64,000 nucleotides of DNA from a virus. The notes below the pieces were generated by a model. That model searched no databases, was not told the origin of the DNA, and saw only the letters and a list, made by a program, of their open reading frames with translations. Shown here piece after piece: positions 28,501 to 38,121 of the stretch. Numbering within the stretch: position 1 is the stretch's first letter; the number at the start of each line of letters is the position of its first letter. Position numbers and translations under genes: made by a program. The stretch covers positions 4,005-68,004 of the IMG/VR virus record IMGVR_UViG_3300044742_000149; one strand, 5' to 3'.

Positions 28501-31171
28501 ACCCGCCGGATTTGATTGGAAACAGGTGACAGGCGAGGGCACCTGGAAGACGCTGATGACCATGCGTAACGATGGTCATTTGCATATGTATGGTTACGGC
28601 GTCGGCTACGATGGCCTGACCGGCGGCGGCAACATCATTGGTTTCACCTGGACCGGAAGCGTGATCCGCGCGTTCGTGGACGGCGGCAGCGGTATCGGCG
28701 ACCTCGCGACGCAGGGTTGGGCCGGTGGTCAGTTCCTGAACAAGACGACCGGCGGCACCGTGACCGGAACGACCACCTTCACGCCGGACATCGGAATAGA
28801 CAGTGCTCCCGCGCGCCTCTGGATTTCCGCCAGCTTCGGAGGTGGGTGGAACCCAATCGTGACGGCTGGCGACACCACGATCTTCGCGCGCCGGGACGCC
28901 GGGGCCGATCTGGGCGCGCTCACCCTCATGACGTGGAGCAATTCAGCGCTGGGCATCCGCATCGACGGAGCGTCGCACACCATCGGGATGCACGCCGCCA
29001 GCGGAATTAACATCAATAACACTTTGACCGTTAACGCGAGTGCCAGGGTTTTTACGGGGGATGGTATTCCGCTCGTTGTCAGCGGCGCGACCAAGGGCGT
29101 GCGCTTCCTGGTTGACGGCACCGCGATGGCTATCGAGGGCGTGGATAACACTGGGACCGCGTCATATCAGCCGCTCAGAATTGGCGGTTCGTCGGTTACT
29201 CTCACCGCGCCGGTCACGGTTCAATCGGGCCAGTCTTTCACGCTTGGCAAAGACCCGGCTAACGCCATGGAAGCGGTCACGCGACAGTATCTTGAAGCCA
29301 ACGCCGTCACATTGACCGCCGGGGACGCGCGGTGGATCAACGTCAATGGTGACGCGATGGCGGGCGGACTTGGGTTTGGCGCGGCCAACGTGGGGCCTCT
29401 CGATGTGACGCGCCACATCCGGCTGTATGACGGAGGCGTGCCGAATAACCAATACGGCTTCAGCGTGTCATGGGACGGCGTGGCCACCGCTCGGCTGAAT
29501 TATGTCGTGACGGAACCGGGCCATACCTACCACGCGTTTTGGGTGGGTTCATCAAACGTCCTGGAGATCGGACCCACCGAGACCAAGGTTTACAATCAAC
29601 TCACCGCCACTGGTAACCTCAGTGTCAGTGGCGGCATCAACCTCAACAACGGCGTGTCCGGTCCTCAGAACAGTTCGCGCGGCATCACGTTCTGGGGGTC
29701 TCCGACCGGTCCCAATTACAGCATCGTCGTCAGCGGGAGCACGCTGAATTACAATGTGAACAACACCAATGATAAGCACGATTTCTATAGTGGTGGTGTG
29801 TTGCGCCTTACCGTGACTGACTCGATCGTTTCGTCGGTTCCGGTTACCGTGAACAACGGTGTTCAGGTCAACGGTCAGCTTTCAACCGGCGGCTGGCTGC
29901 GCGCCGCTTACAACACCAACATCACGCCACCACCGGATGGCGCTGGTCTCATTTCATGGAACCGCAGCCAGGGTGAGGGCGAGGTCAATTTTTATAATGG
30001 GTGGAACGGCAGCGGAAGGATTTTCGACTGGCGGCAGGTAACCGGCGTGGGGACCGAGAAGACCCTGATGCACCTCAACACCACGGGCAGTCTGACATTG
30101 GCCGGCACGCTTGAGGTCATGCCGCCGACCGGCCAGTTCTTCGTGCAGAATGGAGCCAAGGTAACGCGCATCGCGGATCGGCTGTTCGTTGGTCCCGCGA
30201 CCGCCAATGATGGACGCTATCCGAATGTGAGCAAGGATTGGTTGCAGGCGTTTCTCATCACGCCGAACGGCGGTTCCATAGTCGGTCCCATGGTGGGCAC
30301 GATGATGTCGGTCTTATCAAGCAACGGTCAGTTCGGGTTCGTCTCGGGATCGAGATCAAGCGACAACGACACCCCACCGGCCTCCGAGAACACCATCGGT
30401 ATCGGCAGCTTCGCGATCAACGATAATACCACCACATTCCGCACGGTTTACGCCTATTACGGCGAAGGCCGACGCCTGCAAGGCGTGAACGGTGTCACGT
30501 TCGGCCTGGAACTGGACGTTTCCAACCAGGACAGCCTCGTGAGTCCGACGCCCTACGGACAGTTACCCGGCCAGACGGTCGGTATCCAGATGGCGAGCGG
30601 CTGCGGGGTCACGCTGCCAAACGCCAACGATACCTCGATTGGCATCGCGTTCCAGAGCAACCCGACGAAGTTCTGCACGGGCATCCTGTTCGGTGCCACA
30701 TCGATCCGGGGAACGGACGGCAATACCGGCGCGGGTGATGCCATCGCTTTCGCGAAAGGGCATACGCTGACGTGGTACTCCCCCGGCGGTCAGCAGACGG
30801 CGAAAATCCAGTGTCAGATCGAAGATCCCGCGCTATCGATGAACCTCATATTCGACAACAATGGAGTAAACTTCACCAGGATTCCGGGCGGCGTTCCCCT
30901 GGTTAATATCCCGCCGGTCGCGAACCCCGCGAACTGGCTGGTCCTGGTGGGCGCCCCGGCGGGCGGCGCGGTGGGTATCGTGGCCGGTGGTGGGGATACG
31001 AATATCAATCTCGCGCTGCATCCCAAGGGTACTGGTGTTCCCGACATGAAATCACAGGCGACGGTGGGCGCCAACGCGGGTAGCGCCGCCGCCCTGCCCG
31101 CCAATCCGTCGGGATATATGGTTCTGATACTCAACGGAGCCATCGTTAAGATTCCATATTATAATCCCTGA
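25592..31171 (+). CDS. Long modular tail fibre (1859 aa, Mtd_N-like N-terminus)
   Basis: LRIKRR N-terminus; repeated V.K.GD.M.G.L and KDP...M.AVTR.Y linkers separating beta-rich modules. Confidence 0.87.
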   Translation: MTDTLRIKRRPAGGAAGAPTSLSSSEIAFNEVDDTLWYGKGDSGGLATSIIPIAGAGAFPALGDGRWVKKAGDTMVGGLSFGQQTSPGDVATNVSRHISLYDGFGGFSITPGTMNVVSGGDLSLFGGWNKGLTLNGTTLWSYVPISLPSPNPTDGLHAAHRNYVDGAVTRAGGPFLALAGGSMLGQLNITNNTNFVLKDASGGDVRFVVGSDNHFGLYSTNAAGATAITVWDFYARTDSPTQTFRLRTYFSQMTHHDGGLAWPTAGGDFRQGSLYADANWGGLFRGFAGNMADLGLADRDGNIMLRIRQGWIEFTEAVSVTNTAVTLTLSKDPTEDMHAVTRRYATTNFAPIVSGGYLALTGGAMTGAIQFNASGNNNYIGQGADGVGAVNNNIKISSWWGVGFYNNVGVGSVPGGQAGIWFDTREGNATFRNVSTTGLYVGGDSTTHNIYHDGSVGIMYRGVAGADWFAFKWDGTYSHIIVNGGDQGTLATQAWTNTNFAASGALGSYVAKAGDVMSGGLRINYTPTNTSAQLWLSPNSGNAGASIIRFNGTFAAPQPDTGPRYATSIRSGQSTTGWGGEYLDVWITDQVNDVNSDARQTRAARFTLGQTTFDTPVVINRNLFVNGAAGDPVSISAPNGSWGRYFSTVVGTRTWAAGTSYYGAYVISDENVPAVRFQIGTDGNADVAQGLTVGANLNIPNGGINLINGVSTGSAQNSTRGITFWGPVTGPNYGIVVTGNTLNYNTDNTLGAHDFYSGGGSVLFRIKGGDRVTSNLPIFARNNIQIDGTAGASVGLTLNNGGGGGVNDILGYNNSSLRWIMRLGGANDQTGDPITGTGGSAFALFAYRNDGNFLGQPFYITRSATGGDTTINGYGYVANSPNGANGIVNLGYLQANYISATAGDARWVNQSGDEITGQLVVTGTTFANGRFLFNDQMGHVPVPSAGAGYLGWNVSNGWGEVNFVNGCYWAPAGFDWKQVTGEGTWKTLMTMRNDGHLHMYGYGVGYDGLTGGGNIIGFTWTGSVIRAFVDGGSGIGDLATQGWAGGQFLNKTTGGTVTGTTTFTPDIGIDSAPARLWISASFGGGWNPIVTAGDTTIFARRDAGADLGALTLMTWSNSALGIRIDGASHTIGMHAASGININNTLTVNASARVFTGDGIPLVVSGATKGVRFLVDGTAMAIEGVDNTGTASYQPLRIGGSSVTLTAPVTVQSGQSFTLGKDPANAMEAVTRQYLEANAVTLTAGDARWINVNGDAMAGGLGFGAANVGPLDVTRHIRLYDGGVPNNQYGFSVSWDGVATARLNYVVTEPGHTYHAFWVGSSNVLEIGPTETKVYNQLTATGNLSVSGGINLNNGVSGPQNSSRGITFWGSPTGPNYSIVVSGSTLNYNVNNTNDKHDFYSGGVLRLTVTDSIVSSVPVTVNNGVQVNGQLSTGGWLRAAYNTNITPPPDGAGLISWNRSQGEGEVNFYNGWNGSGRIFDWRQVTGVGTEKTLMHLNTTGSLTLAGTLEVMPPTGQFFVQNGAKVTRIADRLFVGPATANDGRYPNVSKDWLQAFLITPNGGSIVGPMVGTMMSVLSSNGQFGFVSGSRSSDNDTPPASENTIGIGSFAINDNTTTFRTVYAYYGEGRRLQGVNGVTFGLELDVSNQDSLVSPTPYGQLPGQTVGIQMASGCGVTLPNANDTSIGIAFQSNPTKFCTGILFGATSIRGTDGNTGAGDAIAFAKGHTLTWYSPGGQQTAKIQCQIEDPALSMNLIFDNNGVNFTRIPGGVPLVNIPPVANPANWLVLVGAPAGGAVGIVAGGGDTNINLALHPKGTGVPDMKSQATVGANAGSAAALPANPSGYMVLILNGAIVKIPYYNP

Positions 31172-31211
31172 CACACTGAAGCACTCGCCAACCAACAAGG
31201 AGTAAACCAAC

Positions 31212-31574
31212 ATGGCCGCTCTCATCATTCCGAACTCGACACCGTTTGGTGGCATGACCAACCAGACCGTCTCTGGACTGCTGCGTCTGCACACGACGGT
31301 GGAGCGTCTTCAGGACGCCATCGCCACCGCGTCAGCCGGCTATACCGGCGTGGACGGCACACAGTTCGAAGCACAGTCCATGGGCATGATGCCGACCGGC
31401 ATGACGGCTTACGCGGGACCGAACAATTTCGGCGTGCAGCCCGACCCCACCACGCCGGGTAAGAACGGCACCGACTATGCGTATGCCATGAACGTGCTGG
31501 CGGCCGCCTGGGCGACGTTCTGGACCGCGGCCGAGGCCAGCATCAACCAGTTGGACAATGGCGGGTCGTATTGA
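31212..31574 (+). CDS. Hypothetical protein (possible fibre accessory)
   Basis: RBS AAGGAG; 120 aa. Confidence 0.65.
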   Translation: MAALIIPNSTPFGGMTNQTVSGLLRLHTTVERLQDAIATASAGYTGVDGTQFEAQSMGMMPTGMTAYAGPNNFGVQPDPTTPGKNGTDYAYAMNVLAAAWATFWTAAEASINQLDNGGSY

Positions 31575-31612
31575 GTCCGACGCTTTCCGGCTGAGACGAG
31601 GAGCGCCATGCG

Positions 31613-33385
31613 ATGCGATGGATTTTCGGCGGTCCTTACGCGATCCGAATGGAAGAACCCGACGGGGAGGAAGCGCTGACCATGGAAGACAGTGTTACTC
31701 CCATCGAGATCGAGCACTACGATGACATCCCAGGACCGGACATTCGGTTTTTCGTGGTGGAACTGGATGTCTACAAACCCGGCGTGACCACGGTGACGAC
31801 GACCGAGAGCCATCTCAGTCATCCACATCTCGCGCTCGCCGAGTTCGAGGACCCGGCCGAGATTTCATCGCGCATTCTCGCCAGCGATCTTGGCTATCGC
31901 ACGTTGGCGAGCGATGCCGGCGGCATCGTGCCCTACCCGCCGATCCTCGATCAGGCGTTCCAGGTTGACAACAAAATCAATCTCGATCTCGCCGCGTCCG
32001 GCGTCGGCGCGGCCTGGGGCAACATCATATTGTCCAACGCCGACGACCAGTTCGACGCGCTGGCCGGGACGTTCAATTCGGATGGACGGAACCTCAAGAT
32101 CCTGACGGGCGTGAAAACCTGGGACAGCTCACGGCAATATCATCGCGACCCCGCCTACGCCTCGCTGGAATTCATGTGGGCCGGCGTGGCGACGCCGTGG
32201 TTCCTGTCGGACACGGCGCTGACCATCCCCGTGCGGGACGCCACGTACTGGCTCGACAGGCCTTACCAGAACTCCGTCTATACCGGCGCGGGAACTTACT
32301 TCGGCACGCCCACCCTGGCGGGGAAGCCGCTGCCACGCGCGCGGGGCGGCACCACCGCGGAGCCGGTGCGGAACGTCTCGCCGGTCCTCGTCGATCCGGT
32401 CAACCGAATCTACCAGTACACCGATGGGCCGGGGACGGTGGTGGCGCTCTATGAGGGTGGCGCTCAGGTCATCACCTTCGATTCCAACACCACGAATCTT
32501 TATTCTGGCGGCACGCCGGCCGGGAAATATCGCACCGACAATTCGCGCGGCTTGTTCCAGCTTGGCAGCATCGCCGTGCATGCGATCACCTGCGACGTGA
32601 CCGGGCAGTTCCCGGTGGCCGGCGCGGTCACCACGTTCAGCCAGATCGCGCGCTACGTGCTCACCGAGGATCTGCTGCTGCCGCCGGAACTGATCGACAT
32701 CGGGTCGTTCAACACGATCGACGCGTCGTGGCCTTATACCGCCGGGGGTTACTACGGGGCCGACACCGCGGTGACCGGCATCGACGTGCTGACCTCTTTG
32801 GTGGCGGGACCGGGTTGCAAATTGATCTCCAAACGCGACGGCAGGCTGGGGCTCTATATGCCACGGGCGCTGGCGGCGGACGCGCATTCCGACGCGATCC
32901 TCGATCTCTCCAACATCATCCAGATCGATCCGGTGCCGCTGCCCGCCTCGCTTGATCCGCCGCCTTACCGCATTCGTTCCGAATACGATCATAACTTCAC
33001 CACGCAGACCAGTGACATGAACACCGCCTCGATGACGGCGGCGCACAAGCAATATGTCGAGATGACCGGTAGCTTCGCTTACTGGTCGTCCACGGCGGTG
33101 CTGACGGCGTTCCGGCGTCCCAACGACCCGCCGCCGATCCAGGGCTTGCTGTTGAAGCAAGACGAGGCGCAGACCGTCGTGAACGACCTGGGGGCGTTGT
33201 GGGGCGTCAGGCGGCGGCTCTACGACGTCACCCTGCCCGCCTTCGAAAATACCAGCCTCGACATCGGTCACGTCGTGACCCTGGTTTATCCGATGGACGA
33301 CCTGACGAACGGTAAAATGGGCCAGATCGTTGGCTACTCGTTCCGATCGCCGAATGCCTCGATCATCATGCGGGTGCTGGTCTGA
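31613..33385 (+). CDS. Tail tip/baseplate hub-like protein (start could be 31649 or 31682)
   Basis: G.I.L.N.D..FD, Y.G.G...G...L.GKP.PR..G....NV.PVLVD....IYQ, C-terminal L.IG.VV.L.YP...L..G. Confidence 0.75.
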   Translation: MRWIFGGPYAIRMEEPDGEEALTMEDSVTPIEIEHYDDIPGPDIRFFVVELDVYKPGVTTVTTTESHLSHPHLALAEFEDPAEISSRILASDLGYRTLASDAGGIVPYPPILDQAFQVDNKINLDLAASGVGAAWGNIILSNADDQFDALAGTFNSDGRNLKILTGVKTWDSSRQYHRDPAYASLEFMWAGVATPWFLSDTALTIPVRDATYWLDRPYQNSVYTGAGTYFGTPTLAGKPLPRARGGTTAEPVRNVSPVLVDPVNRIYQYTDGPGTVVALYEGGAQVITFDSNTTNLYSGGTPAGKYRTDNSRGLFQLGSIAVHAITCDVTGQFPVAGAVTTFSQIARYVLTEDLLLPPELIDIGSFNTIDASWPYTAGGYYGADTAVTGIDVLTSLVAGPGCKLISKRDGRLGLYMPRALAADAHSDAILDLSNIIQIDPVPLPASLDPPPYRIRSEYDHNFTTQTSDMNTASMTAAHKQYVEMTGSFAYWSSTAVLTAFRRPNDPPPIQGLLLKQDEAQTVVNDLGALWGVRRRLYDVTLPAFENTSLDIGHVVTLVYPMDDLTNGKMGQIVGYSFRSPNASIIMRVLV

Positions 33386-34170
33386 TGGGCAATACCGTCC
33401 TCGGCGTCAACAACCTGATCAAATCCGGCGCGCTGATCGCCGGCTCTTACGCGCCGACCATGCCGATCACGAATTTGCAGACGGATTCGGGCGCGGCTTC
33501 CATGGCGTGGCAGACCGTCTCGGGTGTCCTCACGCCCGCGGCCGGCGCGACGTTCCGCTGCACGCCCTCGAGGCAGCTCTGGCGGCTGTTCGGCCTGTTC
33601 CGCACCAATCTCTCGCAGGGCGCCAGCGTGACCTTCAGCGTCTATCTGAACCCCGGCACGCTGGTGTGGAGCGGCACGGTGACCGGCCCGCAACCCGGCT
33701 ACGGCCAGGTCGTCGCGGTCGCGCCCGATAACATGTTCGCGGACTATTGCGTGGTCGATATCACCGATACGGCCAACCCGGACGGCTTCATCAACATCCC
33801 CCTCGCTTACGCGGGACCGGCGTGGATACCCAGGTTGGGATTTACGTGGAATTCAACCTATGGCCGTGATTCAACGGTCGATGAGATGATCAGCCGCGGC
33901 GGTCAGGAATATCCGACCTATCGTTTCCAACAACGCCGCTGGGAAGCAGCGTTCGACGCGATCAGTGACACTGAACTATGGACAGAGGCGCAGAACCTCG
34001 ATCGCGTGTCGCGCTACGGCGGCAACATCCTTTTCGTGCCGGACCTCGCCTCGATCACGAGCAGCAACGAGGCGGTATTCGGTCGTGTGACAGTGACCGC
34101 CGATGTCAGCTACATCGCCGGGTTTCATGATCGTCACGCCTGGAAGTTCCGAATAAAGGAGCGCCTCTGA
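33385..34170 (+). CDS. Tail tip protein (distal-tail-like)
   Basis: L..TNL, D..NPDG.I.I....GP.W.P, S.GGQ.Y, ends IKERL. Confidence 0.7.
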   Translation: MGNTVLGVNNLIKSGALIAGSYAPTMPITNLQTDSGAASMAWQTVSGVLTPAAGATFRCTPSRQLWRLFGLFRTNLSQGASVTFSVYLNPGTLVWSGTVTGPQPGYGQVVAVAPDNMFADYCVVDITDTANPDGFINIPLAYAGPAWIPRLGFTWNSTYGRDSTVDEMISRGGQEYPTYRFQQRRWEAAFDAISDTELWTEAQNLDRVSRYGGNILFVPDLASITSSNEAVFGRVTVTADVSYIAGFHDRHAWKFRIKERL

Positions 34171-35867
34171 TGCTCGGCAACCTCATCCTCGAAATGTGCA
34201 ACGCGCCGGGGACGGCGGCGGACTGCAATCTGCTTGGTCCGACTTCCGGTCGCCTGCCCTTTGGTTTCTGGTTCGCGACGGGCGCGCAATGTTTTTACGT
34301 GATGACCGATGGCACCCAGGAGGAATGGGGAATCGGCACTTACACCGCCGGATCGCCGAATAAGTTGAACAGAACGACGGTCATCAAGAATTCCGCCAAC
34401 TCGACAGCCCGCCTGAATTTCCTGGGCACGACCAAGATTTACAACGAGACACCGGCTGAACGCTCGCTATGGATCGACAACAGCAACAATCTCAATATTT
34501 CTGGCGTGATCACCGCGCAGAGCATGTCGGTGAGCAACGCCGTCGGACCCTTGCTCGCGCTTCAGCACACGGCGGCGGCGCTCGACGCGAAGAACTGGGA
34601 GATCGTGTCACAGTCCGGCAACTTTTATGGGCGTTCGGCCAACGATACCAATAACGCCTGGACGAACTGGCTGACCGTCACCCGTGGCACCGGCACCGCC
34701 ATCGGCGCCATCACCCTGGCGGGGACGAACATCACGCTGGCTGGCGCGGTGGCGACCAACGCGTTGGCGGTGACCGGCGCGCTCACCGCGAGCGGCGACA
34801 TCACCAGCGGCGGCATCGCGACGGCCCAGTTCGTCAGAGCGCGACAGGTCGCCGGTTATCCCCAGGTCCAATTCTGGAACACCACGGGATCGACCGATCA
34901 GAAGCGCACCGTTTTGTTTCAGGACCCAACCGGCAACTTTCAGGCGCAGTTCAACAGCGACAATGACGCCGCGGCGGCGGCCTTCCTACAGGTGACCCGC
35001 TCGGGATACGCCGTCGCGACGATGACGCTGACCGCGCCGACGATCAACCTGACCGGCGCGGTCATGGCGTCGGCCAATGTCAGCGTCAGCCAGGGCGTCG
35101 TTTATCGTTCGCTCAACACCAATATCATGGGATTCGGCTGGGACGCCGGCAACAGTATCATCAATGCCTATGTCGATACCTTCTATCAGGGCGGCATCGC
35201 GATGCGGGGATGGGTCAGCGGCAACTTTATCCCCGTCGGCACCTACACGCCCAATCAGAACGTGAATACGGGGCAAAGTCCGAGTTTCAATACCATCTAC
35301 GCATGCAACGATGTGAGTTGCTATTGGGGTTCCGGCGGCTCCGGTCGCGTCTTTGAGTATGCCATCGGCTGGTACTGGGACTGGAATATCAGCAACGGCA
35401 CGATCCAGTGGATCGCCAGCGGCACCGGCAATCTCAGCATGCGCGCGGGTCCGGACTGGCTGGTCTGGAACGCCTCTGGGCCGGTCGCCGGCTACGGCGC
35501 GTATCAGAACCTCTCGGATATCCGCGGCAAGCGTGATGTACAGCCAGCCGCGGTCGGTCTCGCGGAGGTGCTTCGCATCGAACCGGTCAGCTTTCGCCGC
35601 GTGCGTAAGGCCGGAACACCCTTGCCCGATCATGAGGAGATTGGATTCTCGGCGCAGCAATTGCGTGATATAATTCCGCTGTCGGTTCGTGTCGTCGGGC
35701 TCGAACTGCCCGATGGAACCGGCGGGCTCGACAGTGACGAGCCTTCCCTCGCGGTAAGCACTGACGGGATCGTCGCGGCCCTGGTCAACGCCATCAGGGA
35801 GATGCACGAAAAACTAAGCGAGGCGAATGATCGCATCGCCAATCTGGAACGCCGCGCCGCGGCATAG
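34170..35867 (+). CDS. Tail fibre/spike with C-terminal intramolecular chaperone (peptidase S74-like)
   Basis: N-terminal EWG.GTY...L.RT.V..S anchor; C-terminal SDIRGKRDV...GL..V....PV.F...IGFSAQ.L and coiled coil. Confidence 0.88.
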   Translation: MLGNLILEMCNAPGTAADCNLLGPTSGRLPFGFWFATGAQCFYVMTDGTQEEWGIGTYTAGSPNKLNRTTVIKNSANSTARLNFLGTTKIYNETPAERSLWIDNSNNLNISGVITAQSMSVSNAVGPLLALQHTAAALDAKNWEIVSQSGNFYGRSANDTNNAWTNWLTVTRGTGTAIGAITLAGTNITLAGAVATNALAVTGALTASGDITSGGIATAQFVRARQVAGYPQVQFWNTTGSTDQKRTVLFQDPTGNFQAQFNSDNDAAAAAFLQVTRSGYAVATMTLTAPTINLTGAVMASANVSVSQGVVYRSLNTNIMGFGWDAGNSIINAYVDTFYQGGIAMRGWVSGNFIPVGTYTPNQNVNTGQSPSFNTIYACNDVSCYWGSGGSGRVFEYAIGWYWDWNISNGTIQWIASGTGNLSMRAGPDWLVWNASGPVAGYGAYQNLSDIRGKRDVQPAAVGLAEVLRIEPVSFRRVRKAGTPLPDHEEIGFSAQQLRDIIPLSVRVVGLELPDGTGGLDSDEPSLAVSTDGIVAALVNAIREMHEKLSEANDRIANLERRAAA

Positions 35868-35875
35868 GAGAGAAA

Positions 35876-36115
35876 ATGGAAGCTACACAACAACTGATGA
35901 TTGGCCTTGAAGTCCGCCAGTGGAACGACGTGGTCGAGGCGCTGAACAACGCGCCATTCCGGATCGCCGCCCCGCTCATACAAGAGATCGTGCGCCAGCA
36001 TAACGAAGCCGAGATGAGGGCTCAGGCGGCGAAGGAGACCGGTCCCGACATCGAAATCACCCGCCCCACCCCCAGGACCAATGGCGCCGCCGCGTCTGAT
36101 CATCAAATGAGATGA
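35876..36115 (+). CDS. Hypothetical protein
   Basis: RBS AGGAG; W..V..AL...PFR..APLI. Confidence 0.65.
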   Translation: MEATQQLMIGLEVRQWNDVVEALNNAPFRIAAPLIQEIVRQHNEAEMRAQAAKETGPDIEITRPTPRTNGAAASDHQMR

Positions 36116-36738
36116 GCGATCCCCCGCCGCCGCCACCTGGGGCCGTGGCGGGGACCATAGATCGCGTCCTGCGTTTCATCGACGAGCCATGGAAAGCAGT
36201 CGTGGTCGTCGTGCTGATCCTGATCGTGGGCGTTGGCTGGTTCGCCTGGGACAAACGCGACACGCTGTTCGAGGCCTGGCTGACACCCAGTGCGCCGGAA
36301 CTGAAGACGGCGATGATTCCCGAGGCGCTCGACAAACTCACCTCCGAAACCAACGCCGACATCGTTCAAATCTGGGCGGTCGACCTCTCGGCCAACAGTC
36401 AATGGTTCCTCGGCGCGCGACTGCACAGCGGCGAGCGTCCCGTCATTCCGTCGCCGCGACGGTTGCCGATAATCGTCGCGTCTTCCGACGTGAAAGCTCT
36501 ACTCGATGTTCTGGAGGGCACGCCGACCTGCAAGGACCTGGAGTCGAACGGCTCACCACTGGCGCGGCGGCTTGAAGCGCGTGGCATGAAGCGCGGCTGC
36601 GCGATCCCCATCCCGCCGGGACCGCAGGCTTTCGTGGGCGTCATCTATATCGCCTGGGCGACCGCGACCGACGCCAGCAACGAGAACGTGGCCGTCGGCG
36701 CGGCGCGTGAGATCGCGACGAAACTCGCGACACACTGA
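36112..36738 (+). CDS. Putative holin: single TM helix plus GAF-like domain
   Basis: TM AVVVVVLILIVGVGWFAW; C-terminal GCAIPIPP...FVGVIYIAW; immediately upstream of endolysin. Confidence 0.6.
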   Translation: MSDPPPPPPGAVAGTIDRVLRFIDEPWKAVVVVVLILIVGVGWFAWDKRDTLFEAWLTPSAPELKTAMIPEALDKLTSETNADIVQIWAVDLSANSQWFLGARLHSGERPVIPSPRRLPIIVASSDVKALLDVLEGTPTCKDLESNGSPLARRLEARGMKRGCAIPIPPGPQAFVGVIYIAWATATDASNENVAVGAAREIATKLATH

Positions 36739-36750
36739 AAGGATACGGCC

Positions 36751-37332
36751 ATGGTAGATCGTGACAAGTTCTTCGACGCCGTGAGAAATAATCCGTTCCC
36801 GGGATCACTCACCCAGGAGCAGGTGAACGGAATGAACTACCTGCTCGACACCTGGGAAAAACACTTCGCCAAAGCGAACCCGAACGATGGAGACATGTGG
36901 TTGGCTTACGCTCTCGCGACCACGTTCCACGAGACGGCGCAACGAATGGAGCCCATCGAGGAATACGGAAAGGGGGCCGGCAAGTCCTACGGACAGCCAA
37001 CGGGTCCGTACGGGAAATGCTACTATGGTCGAGGACACGTTCAACTCACATGGGAAACTAATTACATCAAGGCCCAGCGTCAGTTGCTGGCGTATGGCGT
37101 GACAGCACCTCTGCACCGCGAGCCGGACCTGATGCTGCGCGACGAAACATCGGCGCTGGTGCTGTATGATGGCTCCATTGATGGTTGGTTCACTGGTGTG
37201 GGTTTGCCGAAATATTTCAACGCCGCGAAAGGCATCGAGGACCCGTACAATGCCCGTCGGGTGATCAATGGGACGGATCAGGCTTCGCTCATTGAAGGCT
37301 ACTATTGGGACTTTAAGAAAGCCATTATGTAG
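36751..37332 (+). CDS. Endolysin, glycoside hydrolase family 19-like
   Basis: LAY.LAT.FHET...M.PIEEYG, YYGRGHVQLTW..NY, ARR.INGTD. Confidence 0.92.
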   Translation: MVDRDKFFDAVRNNPFPGSLTQEQVNGMNYLLDTWEKHFAKANPNDGDMWLAYALATTFHETAQRMEPIEEYGKGAGKSYGQPTGPYGKCYYGRGHVQLTWETNYIKAQRQLLAYGVTAPLHREPDLMLRDETSALVLYDGSIDGWFTGVGLPKYFNAAKGIEDPYNARRVINGTDQASLIEGYYWDFKKAIM

Positions 37333-37495
37333 TCCGCGGCGGCTTCAGGACCCCGGTAAGGCTAAGGTATCGAACGTTGTCGTCCTGAGCGGCCCCGTTC
37401 AGGTCACTGTTCCCAACCTCGTCAATGAATAGGCGGCACGAAGAGCCACAGTGCCGGCAGGGAATGACTGCCATGGCAGATCAGAAATCATCCTC

Positions 37496-37735
37496 TCAGG
37501 GGCGACGTCGGTCCATCTGATTTTCCATCTCCAGGCGCAATTCGACCAAACCGACCTTGGCGCGGGAGATGCGGCGACACAGGTCGGCGACATTGGCCGA
37601 GAGCCGGTCGAGAGCCCTGTCCGCCGTTTCCTTTTCCGGGGAGTTTGGCATTCGGTCGAGGATGCGTCGGATTACCGCGATGTCAGCCCGTGGATCGCTC
37701 ATGTCCGGTCCAGCCAGTATTTCCATGACGCTCAT
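37496..37735 (-). CDS. Hypothetical protein
   Basis: ATGA-coupled small ORF. Confidence 0.5.
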   Translation of the reverse strand: MSVMEILAGPDMSDPRADIAVIRRILDRMPNSPEKETADRALDRLSANVADLCRRISRAKVGLVELRLEMENQMDRRRP

Positions 37736-38022
37736 GCCCTGCCACCTCGCCCGCGCGTCAGGTCTTTGCGAATCGCCCGGCCCCTGGCCCGCTCGGCGTC
37801 GCCGAGAAGCTCGACATACTCTAGCTCGAGAGCGGCGCGCTCCGCATCAGTCATCGGCACCCATTGGTCGGCATGGCGGACGTAGTATTCGCCGCAGTTC
37901 ATGCACAGCGACAGATCGTCTTCTCGCGGCGCGCGGAACTGGCCCTCCCACGCGCTCGCGGCGTCCATCGTGTAACCGCAGGCAAAGCACATCCACGGTT
38001 TGTCGCGCGTGACGTCGCTCAT
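37732..38022 (-). CDS. Zn-ribbon protein
   Basis: CFACG...CMNCG. Confidence 0.6.
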   Translation of the reverse strand: MSDVTRDKPWMCFACGYTMDAASAWEGQFRAPREDDLSLCMNCGEYYVRHADQWVPMTDAERAALELEYVELLGDAERARGRAIRKDLTRGRGGRA

Positions 38023-38121
38023 GCCCTGCCCCCGCTCCAACTTCCCGGCGCCGCATCTCGTCATACTGACGAAAAGCCTTCCTCGGATCCATGGCCGTCC
38101 GGAGACGGCCTGGTCTGTCAG

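Noticed and set aside
24227-31171. Diversity-generating retroelement suggested by Mtd_N-like domains
   Set aside because: No reverse transcriptase and no TR/VR pair differing only at adenines; the internal duplications differ at all base types
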